Part shown: positions 43,745 through 56,300 of the stretch, in pieces
How positions within the stretch are numbered: position 1 is the first letter of the stretch
Layout: the number at the start of each line of letters is the position of its first letter
NCBI GenBank assembly: GCA_040954595.2
Contig: CM082588.2
Coordinates: forward strand, 3,534,056 to 3,598,055
From: Balanoglossus misakiensis
Lineage: Eukaryota > Animalia > Hemichordata
Direction of reading: 5' to 3'
Length of the DNA: 64,000 nucleotides
Notes under the pieces: model-generated
The model's input: only the letters and a program-made list of their open reading frames with translations
What the model was told of the DNA's origin: nothing
The model's database searches: none
Made by a program: the position numbers and the translations under genes

Positions 43745-45948
43745 GCGTGTATGCGCTAGAAGTTGTACATATGACATGGAAATGTGAAAATGACCAAAAT
43801 TTAATAAATCGAGATTTTGACTTTTTTGAGGTGTGTATGCGCTAGAAGTTGTACATACGACATGGAAATGTGAAAATGACCAAAATTTAAAAAATCGAGA
43901 TTTTGACTTTTTTGAGGTGTGTATGCGCTAGAAGTTGCACATATGACATGGAAATGTGAAAATGACCAAAATTTAAAAAATCGAGATTTTGACTTTTTTG
44001 ATGTGTGTATGCGTTAGAAGTTGTACATATGACATGGAAATGTGAAAATGACCAAAATTTAAAAAATCGAGATTTTGACTTTTTTGAGGTGTGTATGCGC
44101 TAGAAGTTGTACATACGACATGGAAATGTGAAAATGACCAAAATTTTAAAAATCGAGATTTTGACTTTTTTGATGTGTGTGTGCGCTAGAAGTTGTACAT
44201 ATGACATAGAAATGTGAAAATGACCAAAATTTAAAAAATCGAGATTTTGACTTTTTTGAGGTGTGTATGGTCTAGAAGTTGTACATACGACATGGAAATG
44301 TGAAAATGACCAAAATTTAAAAAATCGAGATTTTGACTTTTTTGAGGTGTGTATGCTCTAGAAGTTGTACATACGACATGGAAATGTGAAAATGACCAAA
44401 ATTTAAAAAATCGAGATTTTGACTTTTTTGAGGTGTGTATGCGCTAGAAGTTGTACATATGACATGGAAATGTGAAAATGACCAAAATTTAAAAAATCGA
44501 GATTTTGACTTTTTTGATGTGTGTATGCGTTAGAAGTTGTACATATGACATGGAATGTGAAAATGACCAAAATTTAAAAAATCGAGATTTTGACTTATTT
44601 GATGTGTGTATGCGCTAGAATTGTACATATGACATGGAAATGTGAAAATGACCAAAATTTAAAAAATCATGATTTTGACTTTTTTGAGGTGTGTATGCGT
44701 TAGAAGTTGTACATATGACATGGAAATGTGAAAATGACCAGAATTTAAAAAATCGAGATTTTGACTTTTTTGGTGTGTGTATGCGCTAGAAGTTGTACAT
44801 ATGACATGGAAATGTGAAAATGACCAAAATTTAATAAATCGAGATTTTGACTTTTTTGAGGTGTGTATGCGCTAGAAGTTGTACATACGACATGGAAATG
44901 TGAAAATGACCAAAATTTAAAAAATCGAGATTTTGACTTTTTTGAGGTGTGTATGCGCTAGAAGTTGCACATATGACATGGAAATGTGAAAATGACCAAA
45001 ATTTAAAAAATCGAGATTTTGACTTTTTTGATGTGTGTATGCGTTAGAAGTTGTACATATGACATGGAAATGTGAAAATGACCAAAATTTAAAAAATCGA
45101 GATTTTGACTTTTTTGAGGTGTGTATGCGCTAGAAGTTGTACATACGACATGGAAATGTGAAAATGACCAAAATTTAAAAAATCGAGATTTTGACTTTTT
45201 TGATGTGTGTGTGCGCTAGAAGTTGTACATATGACATAGAAATGTGAAAATGACCAAAATTTAAAAAATCGAGATTTTGACTTTTTTGAGGTGTGTATGG
45301 TCTAGAAGTTGTACATACGACATGGAAATGTGAAAATGACCAAAATTTAAAAAATCGAGATTTTGACTTTTTTGAGGTGTGTATGCTCTAGAAGTTGTAC
45401 ATACGACATGGAAATGTGAAAATGACCAAAATTTAAAAAATCGAGATTTTGACTTTTTTGAGGTGTGTATGCGCTAGAAGTTGTACATATGACATGGAAA
45501 TGTGAAAATGACCAAAATTTAAAAAATCGAGATTTTGACTTTTTTGATGTGTGTATGCGTTAGAAGTTGTACATATGACATGGAATGTGAAAATGACCAA
45601 AATTTAAAAAATCGAGATTTTGACTTATTTGATGTGTGTATGCGCTAGAATTGTACATATGACATGGAAATGTGAAAATGACCAAAATTTAAAAAATCAT
45701 GATTTTGACTTTTTTGAGGTGTGTATGCGTTAGAAGTTGTACATATGACATGGAAATGTGAAAATGACCAGAATTTAAAAAATCGAGATTTTGACTTTTT
45801 TGGTGTGTGTATGCGCTAGAAGTTGTACATATGACATGGAAATGTGAAAATGACCAAAATTTAAAAAATCAAGATTTTGACTTTTTTGAGGTGTGTATTT
45901 ACAAGTTGTCCATATGACATGGAAATGTGAAAATGACCAAAATTTAAA
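43745..45948 (+). repeat. 86-bp satellite array, about 25.5 copies, containing a 1030-bp 12-mer higher-order repeat present twice
   Basis: Monomer ATGCGCTAGAAGTTGTACATATGACATGGAAATGTGAAAATGACCAAAATTTAAAAAATCGAGATTTTGACTTTTTTGAGGTGTGT. Diagnostic variants recur at exactly +1030. Confidence 0.97.
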
Positions 45949-45976
45949 TTCAACTTGTGTTCACTTGCTGTTCTAG

Positions 45977-46366
45977 GTCTGTCTGTGGGATAATGTTGAA
46001 GCTGTCATCGAATGGTCCGGGTTTTGTTTGGATGGATCTGAAAAGACAAAGAAGAAAGTAAGTATAGAAGGGTCTGGGTATATATGACATCAATCATATT
46101 GAAAAGATGTCCTTGATTATTGCTATTTAATATAATGTACGGTTTATATAATCTTTATGTTTATTATAATGGAAATGTATACTATAGATTACATAGGAAT
46201 GTTTAACGTATTTTTTAATTTTATTTTCATCCCCAGCTTGGTGCAAGATAATTCTGAGGTTGCCATGGATTCAACTGTGCACATCACACCACAAAGGACT
46301 GAAGTTCATGTCTCAGAGACGGTTATAAAATCTTTGGACAAAGAGACTTTAAAATGCTCAAATTAA
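45977..46366 (+). other. Two exon-like segments (45977-46057 and 46237-46366+) of a possible spliced transcript between the satellite arrays
   Basis: TTCTAG acceptor and GTAAGT donor bound an 81-nt segment open in two frames. A TTTTCATCCCCAG acceptor precedes an ORF ending at 46366. AATAAA near 46787. No recognisable homology. Confidence 0.35.
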
Positions 46367-46875
46367 GTTCAGAAGGCTTATTTAACAATTATCATAACAT
46401 CAAAGAAGATGCAGTTTTTGAATCCATTAATCATACATTATAAGTTTTAAATTTGTTAACAATGCCCCTATTCTTTACAGCCCTGTTATTGTCACTTCTT
46501 TAAATTTTGAATGTAGTTAATCGGAAAAAACAGCAATGACTTATTAATTTATTGAAGGTATAACTGATTAGAAATGTGAGAGACAATTTCAGACGACTTT
46601 CCTGTGTGACTCCTAAATCAACAGGAATTTTAAATAATTTGTTTCAGTCAGAGTTTTTGGTATTTTATGAGCTACTGTAATGTTTGTATTCATATGGTGT
46701 GTAACATTTGGATTGCAGAAATGGGTGTATACAACTAAAATACAGTTTATGTATGTGTCTATATCTCTATATTTTTTTAAATTTTAAATAAAAAGACAAT
46801 TTTTTCATCAAATGACTATTTTTCATCAGAGTTTTATTTCAATATTTGTAGAGACCAACTGTCAAGTGCAAAAAA

Positions 46876-47365
46876 GCATGGGTTATAGCCCATGAAAATC
46901 ATCAAAAACTGACAATTTTTCGACTTTGCGGAAAATCAAAATTTGGCCGATTTTTGAAAAAAAATCATGGGTTATAGCTCAGGAAATCATCAAAAAATGA
47001 CAATTTTTCGACTTTGCGGAAAATCAAAATTTGGCCGATTTTTGAAAAAAAATCATGGGTTATAGCTCAGGAAATCATCAAAAAATGACAATTATTCGAC
47101 TTTGCGGAAAATCAAAATTTGGCCGATTTTTGAAAAAAATCATGGGTTATAGCTCAGAAAATCATCAAAAAATGACAATTTTCGACTTTGCGGAAAATCA
47201 AAATTTGGCCGATTTTTGAAAAAAATCATGGGTTATAGCTCAGGAAATCATCAAAAATGACAATTTTTCGACTTTGCGGAAAATCAAAATTTGGCCGATT
47301 TTTGAAAAACATCATGGGTTATAGCTCAGGAAATCATCAAAAAATGACAATTTTTCGACTTTGCG
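46876..47365 (+). repeat. Satellite subfamily A (87/88 bp), left block, about 5.5 copies
   Basis: Monomer CATGGGTTATAGCTCAGGAAATCATCAAAAAATGACAATTTTTCGACTTTGCGGAAAATCAAAATTTGGCCGATTTTTGAAAAAAA(T/C). Confidence 0.95.
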
Positions 47366-47368
47366 ACG

Positions 47369-50300
47369 ATTTTTTGATGATTTCCTGAGCTATAACCCAT
47401 GGTTTTTTTCAAAAATCGGCCAAATTTTGATTTTCCGCAAAGTCGAAAAATTGACATTTCTGGATGATTTTCATGAGCTATAACCCATGGTTTTTGTCGA
47501 AAAACCCCCAAATTTTGAAATTTCGCGAAGTCGAAAAATTGACATTTCTGGATGATTTTCATGAGCTATAACCCATGGTTTTTGTCGAAAAACCACCAAA
47601 TTTTGAAATTTCGCGAAGTCGAAAAATTGACATTTCTGGATGATTTTCATGAGCTATAACCCATGGTTTTTGTCGAAAAACCACCAAATTTTGAAATTTC
47701 GCGAAGTCGAAAAATTGACATTTCGAGATGATTTTCATGAGCTATAACCCATGGTTTTTGTCGAAAAACCACCAAATTTTGAAATTTCTCGAAGTCGAAA
47801 AATTGACATTTCTGGATGATTTTCATGAGCTATAACCCATGGTTTTGTCGAAAAACCACCAAATTTTGAAATTTCGCGTAGTCGAAAAATTGACATTTCT
47901 GGATGATTTTCATGAGCTATAACCCATGGTTTTTGTCGAAAAACCACCAAATTTTGAAATTTCGCGTAGTCGAAAAATTGACATTTCTGGATGATTTTCA
48001 TGAGCTATAACCCATGGTTTTTGTCGAAAAACCACCAAATTTTGAAATTTCGCGAAGTCGAAAAATTGACATTTCTGGATGATTTTCATGAGCTATAACC
48101 CATGGTTTTTGTCGAAAAACCACCAAATTTTGAAATTTCGCGAAGTCGAAAAATTGACATTTCTGGATGATTTTCATGAGCTATAACCCATGGTTTTTGT
48201 CGAAAAACCACCAAATTTTGAAATTTCGCGAAGTCGAAAAATTGACATTTCTGGATGATTTTCATGAGCTATAACCCATGGTTTTTGTCGAAAAACCACC
48301 AAATTTTGAAATTTCGCGTAGTCGAAAAATTGACATTTCTGGATGATTTTCATGAGCTATAACCCATGGTTTTTGTCGAAAAACCACCAAATTTTGAAAT
48401 TTCGCGAAGTCGAAAAATTGACATTTCTCGATGATTTTCATGTGCTATAACCCATGGTTTTTGTCGAAAAACCACCAAATTTTGAAATTTCGCGAAGTCG
48501 AAAAATTGACATTTCTGGATGATTTTCATGAGCTATAACCCATGGTTTTTGTCGAAAAACCACCAAATTTTGAAATTTCGCGTAGTCGAAAAATTGACAT
48601 TTCTGGATGATTTTCATGAGCTATAACCCATGGTTTTTGTCGAAAAACCACCAAATTTTGAAATTTCGCGTAGTCGAAAAATTGACATTTCTGGATGATT
48701 TTCATGAGCTATAACCCATGGTTTTTGTCGAAAAACCACCAAATTTTGAAATTTCGCGTAGTCGAAAAATTGACATTTCTGGATGATTTTCATGAGCTAT
48801 AACCCATGGTTTTTGTCGAAAAACCACCAAATTTTGAAATTTCGCGTAGTCGAAAAATTGACATTTCTGGATGATTTTCATGAGCTATAACCCATGGTTT
48901 TTGTCGAAAAACCACCAAATTTTGAAATATCGCGAAGTCGAAAAATTGACATTTCTGGATGATTTTCATGAGCTATAACCCATGGTTTTTGTCGAAAAAC
49001 CACCAAATTTTGAAATTTCGCGAAGTCGAAAAATTGACATTTCTGGATGATTTTCATGAGCTATAACCCATGGTTTTTGTCGAAAAACCACCAAATTTTG
49101 AAATTTCGCGAAGTCGAAAAATTGACATTTCTGGATGATTTTCATGAGCTATAACCCATGGTTTTTGTCGAAAAACCACCAAATTTTGAAATTTCGGGAA
49201 GTCGAAAAATTGACATTTCCGGATGATTTTCATGAGCTATAACCCATGGTTTTTGTCGAAAAACCACCAAATTTTGAAATTTTGCGAAGTCGAAAAATTG
49301 ACATTTCTGGATGATTTTCATGAGCTATAACCCATGGTTTTTGTCGAAAAACCACCAAATTTTGAAATTTCGCGAAGTCGAAAAATTGACATTTCTGGAT
49401 GATTTTCATGAGCTATAACCCATGGTTTTTGTCGAAAAACCACCAAATTTTGAAATTTCGCGAAGTCGAAAAATTGACATTTCTGGATGATTTTCATGAG
49501 CTATAACCCATGGTTTTTGTCGAAAAATCACCAAATTTTGAAATTTCGCGATGTCGAAAAATTGACATTTCTGGATGATTTTCATGAGCTATAACCCATG
49601 GTTTTTGTCGAAAAACCACCAAATTTTGAAATTTCGCGAAGTCGAAAAATTGACATTTCTGTATGATTTTCATGAGCTATAACCCATGGTTTTTGTCGAA
49701 AAACCACCAAATTTTGAAATTTCGCGAAGTCGAAAAATTGACATTTCTGGATGATTTTCATGAGCTATAACCCATGGTTTTTGTCGAAAAACCACCAAAT
49801 TTTGAAATTTCGCGAAGTCGAAAAATTGACATTTCTGGATGATTTTCATGAGCTATAACCCATGGTTTTTGTCGAAAAACCACCAAATTTTGAAATTTCG
49901 GGAAGTCGAAAAATTGACATTTCTGGATGATTTTCATGAGCTATAACCCATGGTTTTTGTCGAAAAACCACCAAATTTTGAAATTTCGCGAAGTCGAAAA
50001 ATTGACATTTCTGGATGATTTTCATGAGCTATAACCCATGGTTTTTGTCGAAAAACCACCAAATTTTGAAATTTCGCGAAGTCGAAAAATTGACATTTCT
50101 GGATGATTTTCATGAGCTATAACCCATGGTTTTTGTCGAAAAACCACCAAATTTTGAAATTTCGCGAAGTCGAAAAATTGACATTTCTGGATGATTTTCA
50201 TGAGCTATAACCCATGGTTTTTGTCGAAAAATCACCAAATTTTGAAATTTCGCGAAGTCGAAAAATTGACATTTCTGGATGATTTTCATGAGCTATAACC

Positions 50301-53300
50301 CATGGTTTTTGTCGAAAAACCACCAAATTTTGAAATTTCGCGAAGTCGAAAAATTGACATTTCTGTATGATTTTCATGAGCTATAACCCATGGTTTTTGT
50401 CGAAAAACCACCAAATTTTGAAATTTCGCGAAGTCGAAAAATTGACATTTCTGGATGATTTTCATGAGCTATAACCCATGGTTTTTGTCGAAAAACCACC
50501 AAATTTTGAAATTTCGCGAAGTCGAAAAATTGACATTTCTGGATGATTTTCATGAGCTATAACCCATGGTTTTTGTCGAAAAACCACCAAATTTTGAAAT
50601 TTCGCGAAGTCGAAAAATTGACATTTCTGGATGATTTTCATGAGCTATAACCCATGGTTTTTGTCGAAAAACCACCAAATTTTGAAATTTCGCGAAGTCG
50701 CAAAAATTGACATTTCTGGATGATTTTCATGAGCTATAACCCATGGTTTTTGTCGAAAAACCACCAAATTTTGAAATTTCGCGAAGTCGAAAAATTGACA
50801 TTTCTGGATGATTTTCATGAGCTATAACCCATGGTTTTTGTCGAAAAACCACCAAATTTTGAAATTTCGCGAAGTCGAAAAATTGACATTTCTGGATGAT
50901 TTTCATGAGCTATAACCCATGGTTATTGTCGAAAAACCACCAAATTTTGAAATTTCGCGAAGTCGAAAAATTGACATTTCTGGATGATTTTCATGAGCTA
51001 TAACCCATGGTTTTTGTCGAAAAACCACCAAATTTTGAAATTTCGCGAAGTCGAAAAATTGACATTTCTGGATGATTTTCATGAGCTATAACCCATGGTT
51101 TTTGTCGAAAAACCACCAAATTTTGAAATTTCGCGAAGTCGAAAAATTGACATTTCTGGATGATTTTCATGAGCTATAACCCATGGTTTTTGTCGAAAAA
51201 CCACCAAATTTTGAAATTTCGCGAAGTCGAAAAATTGACATTTCTGGATGATTTTCATGAGCTATAACCCATGGTTTTTGTCGAAAAACCACCAAATTTT
51301 GAAATTTCGCGAAGTCGAAAAATTGACATTTCTGGATGATTTTCATGAGCTATAACCCATGGTTTTTGTCGAAAAACCACCAAATTTTGAAATTTCGCGA
51401 AGTCGAAAAATTGACATTTCTGGATGATTTTCATGAGCTATAACCCATGGTTTTTGTCGAAAAACCACCAAATTTTGAAATTTCGCGAAGTCGAAAAATT
51501 GACATTTCTGGATGATTTTCATGAGCTATAACCCATGGTTTTTGTCGAAAAACCACCAAATTTTGAAATTTCGCGAAGTCGAAAAATTGACATTTCTGGA
51601 TGATTTTCATGAGCTATAACCCATGGTTTTTGTCGAAAAACCACCAAATTTTGAAATTTCGCGAAGTCGCAAAAATTGACATTTCTGGATGATTTTCATG
51701 AGCTATAACCCATGGTTTTTGTCGAAAAACCACCAAATTTTGAAATTTCGCGAAGTGGAAAAATTGACATTTCTGGATGATTTTCATGAGCTATAACCCA
51801 TGGTTTTTGTCGAAAAACCACCAAATTTTGAAATTTCGCGAAGTGGAAAAATTGACATTTCTGGATGATTTTCATGAGCTATAACCCATGGTTTTTGTCG
51901 AAAAACCACCAAATTTTGAAATTTCGCGAAGTGGAAAAATTGACATTTCTGGATGATTTTCATGAGCTATAACCCATGGTTTTTGTCGAAAAACCACCAA
52001 ATTTTGAAATTTCGCGAAGTCGAAAAATTGACATTTCTGGATGATTTTCATGAGCTATAACCCATGGTTTTTGTCGAAAAACCACCAAATTTTGAAATTT
52101 CGCGAAGTCGAAAAATTGACATTTCTGGATGATTTTCATGAGCTATAACCCATGGTTTTTGTCGAAAAACCACCAAATTTTGAAATTTCGCGAAGTCGAA
52201 AAATTGACATTTCTGGATGATTTTCATGAGCTATAACCCATGGTTTTTGTCGAAAAACCACCAAATTTTGAAATTTCGCGAAGTCGAAAAATTGACATTT
52301 CTGGATGATTTTCATGAGCTATAACCCATGGTTTTTGTCGAAAAACCACCAAATTTTGAAATTTCGCGAAGTCGAAAAATTGACATTTCTGGATGATTTT
52401 CATGAGCTATAACCCATGGTTTTTGTCGAAAAACCACCAAATTTTGAAATTTCGCGAAGTCGAAAAATTGACATTTCTGGATGATTTTCATGAGCTATAA
52501 CCCATGGTTTTTGTCGAAAAACCACCAAATTTTGAAATTTCGCGAAGTCGAAAAATTAACATTTCTGGATGATTTTCATGAGCTATAACCCATGGTTTTT
52601 GTCGAAAAACCACCAAATTTTGAAATTTCGCGAAGTCGAAAAATTGACATTTCTGGATGATTTTCATGAGCTATAACCCATGGTTTTTGTCGAAAAACCA
52701 CCAAATTTTGAAATTTCGCGAAGTCGAAAAATTGACATTTCTGGATGATTTTCATGAGCTATAACCCATGGTTTTTGTCGAAAAACCACCAAATTTTGAA
52801 ATTTCGCGAAGTCGAAAAATTGACATTTCTGGATGATTTTCATGAGCTATAACCCATGGTTTTTGTCGAAAAACCACCAAATTTTGAAATTTCGCGAAGT
52901 CGAAAAATTGACATTTCTGGATGATTTTCATGAGCTATAACCCATGGTTTTTGTCGAAAAACCACCAAATTTTGAAATTTCGCGAAGTGGAAAAATTGAC
53001 ATTTCTGGATGATTTTCATGAGCTATAACCCATGGTTTTTGTCGAAAAACCACCAAATTTTGAAATTTCGCGAAGTCGAAAAATTGACATTTCTGGATGA
53101 TTTTCATGAGCTATAACCCATGGTTTTTGTCGAAAAACCACCAAATTTTGAAATTTCGCGAAGTCGAAAAATTGACATTTCTGGATGATTTTCATGAGCT
53201 ATAACCCATGGTTTTTGTCGAAAAACCACCAAATTTTGAAATTTCGCGAAGTCGAAAAATTGACATTTCTGGATGATTTTCATGAGCTATAACCCATGGT

Positions 53301-56300
53301 TTTTGTCGAAAAACCACCAAATTTTGAAATTTCGCGAAGTCGAAAAATTGACATTTCTGGATGATTTTCATGAGCTATAACCCATGGTTTTTGTCGAAAA
53401 ACCACCAAATTTTGAAATTTCGCGAAGTCGAAAAATTGACATTTCTGGATGATTTTCATGAGCTATAACCCATGGTTTTTGTCGAAAAACCACCAAATTT
53501 TGAAATTTCGCGAAGTCGAAAAATTGACATTTCTGGATGATTTTCATGAGCTATAACCCATGGTTTTTGTCGAAAAACCACCAAATTTTGAAATTTCGCG
53601 AAGTCGAAAAATTGACATTTCTGGATGATTTTCATGAGCTATAACCCATGGTTTTTGTCGAAAAACCACCAAATTTTGAAATTTCGCGAAGTCGAAAAAT
53701 TGACATTTCTGGATGATTTTCATGAGCTATAACCCATGGTTTTTGTCGAAAAACCACCAAATTTTGAAATTTCGCGAAGTCGAAAAATTGACATTTCTGG
53801 ATGATTTTCATGAGCTATAACCCATGGTTTTTGTCGAAAAACCACCAAATTTTGAAATTTCGCGAAGTCGAAAAATTGACATTTCTGGATGATTTTCATG
53901 AGCTATAACCCATGGTTTTTGTCGAAAAACCACCAAATTTTGAAATTTCGCGAAGTCGAAAAATTGACATTTCTGGATGATTTTCATGAGCTATAACCCA
54001 TGGTTTTTGTCGAAAAACCACCAAATTTTGAAATTTCGCGAAGTCGAAAAATTGACATTTCTGGATGATTTTCATGAGCTATAACCCATGGTTTTTGTCG
54101 AAAAACCACCAAATTTTGAAATTTCGCGAAGTCGAAAAATTGACATTTCTGGATGATTTTCATGAGCTATAACCCATGGTTTTTGTCGAAAAACCACCAA
54201 ATTTTGAAATTTCGCGAAGTCGAAAAATTGACATTTCTGGATGATTTTCATGAGCTATAACCCATGGTTTTTGTCGAAAAACCACCAAATTTTGAAATTT
54301 CGCGAAGTCGAAAAATTGACATTTCTGGATGATTTTCATGAGCTATAACCCATGGTTTTTGTCGAAAAACCACCAAATTTTGAAATTTCGCGAAGTCGAA
54401 AAATTGACATTTCTGGATGATTTTCATGAGCTATAACCCATGGTTTTTGTCGAAAAACCACCAAATTTTGAAATTTCGCGAAGTCGAAAAATTGACATTT
54501 CTGGATGATTTTCATGAGCTATAACCCATGGTTTTTGTCGAAAAACCACCAAATTTTGAAATTTCGCGAAGTCGAAAAATTGACATTTCTGGATGATTTT
54601 CATGAGCTATAACCCATGGTTTTTGTCGAAAAACCACCAAATTTTGAAATTTCGCGAAGTCGAAAAATTGACATTTCTGGATGATTTTCATGAGCTATAA
54701 CCCATGGTTTTTGTCGAAAAACCACCAAATTTTGAAATTTCGCGAAGTCGAAAAATTGACATTTCTGGATGATTTTCATGAGCTATAACCCATGGTTTTT
54801 GTCGAAAAACCACCAAATTTTGAAATTTCGCGAAGTCGAAAAATTGACATTTCTGGATGATTTTCATGAGCTATAACCCATGGTTTTTGTCGAAAAACCA
54901 CCAAATTTTGAAATTTCGCGAAGTCGAAAAATTGACATTTCTGGATGATTTTCATGAGCTATAACCCATGGTTTTTGTCGAAAAACCACCAAATTTTGAA
55001 ATTTCGCGAAGTCGAAAAATTGACATTTCTGGATGATTTTCATGAGCTATAACCCATGGTTTTTGTCGAAAAACCACCAAATTTTGAAATTTCGCGAAGT
55101 CGAAAAATTGACATTTCTGGATGATTTTCATGAGCTATAACCCATGGTTTTTGTCGAAAAACCACCAAATTTTGAAATTTCGCGAAGTCGAAAAATTGAC
55201 ATTTCTGGATGATTTTCATGAGCTATAACCCATGGTTTTTGTCGAAAAACCACCAAATTTTGAAATTTCGCGAAGTCGAAAAATTGACATTTCTGGATGA
55301 TTTTCATGAGCTATAACCCATGGTTTTTGTCGAAAAACCACCAAATTTTGAAATTTCGCGAAGTCGAAAAATTGACATTTCTGGATGATTTTCATGAGCT
55401 ATAACCCATGGTTTTTGTCGAAAAACCACCAAATTTTGAAATTTCGCGAAGTCGAAAAATTGACATTTCTGGATGATTTTCATGAGCTATAACCCATGGT
55501 TTTTGTCGAAAAACCACCAAATTTTGAAATTTCGCGAAGTCGAAAAATTGACATTTCTGGATGATTTTCATGAGCTATAACCCATGGTTTTTGTCGAAAA
55601 ACCACCAAATTTTGAAATTTCGCGAAGTCGAAAAATTGACATTTCTGGATGATTTTCATGAGCTATAACCCATGGTTTTTGTCGAAAAACCACCAAATTT
55701 TGAAATTTCGCGAAGTCGAAAAATTGACATTTCTGGATGATTTTCATGAGCTATAACCCATGGTTTTTGTCGAAAAACCACCAAATTTTGAAATTTCGCG
55801 AAGTCGAAAAATTGACATTTCTGGATGATTTTCATGAGCTATAACCCATGGTTTTTGTCGAAAAACCACCAAATTTTGAAATTTCGCGAAGTCGAAAAAT
55901 TGACATTTCTGGATGATTTTCATGAGCTATAACCCATGGTTTTTGTCGAAAAACCACCAAATTTTGAAATTTCGCGAAGTCGAAAAATTGACATTTCTGG
56001 ATGATTTTCATGAGCTATAACCCATGGTTTTTGTCGAAAAACCACCAAATTTTGAAATTTCGCGAAGTCGAAAAATTGACATTTCTGGATGATTTTCATG
56101 AGCTATAACCCATGGTTTTTGTCGAAAAACCACCAAATTTTGAAATTTCGCGAAGTCGAAAAATTGACATTTCTGGATGATTTTCATGAGCTATAACCCA
56201 TGGTTTTTGTCGAAAAACCACCAAATTTTGAAATTTCGCGAAGTCGAAAAATTGACATTTCTGGATGATTTTCATGAGCTATAACCCATGGTTTTTGTCG

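Noticed and set aside
46917-46933. CENP-B-box-like TTTCGACTTTGCGGAA in satellite A
   Set aside because: Spacing between TTCG and CGG is 6 rather than 7 nt, and the required A and final G are absent.
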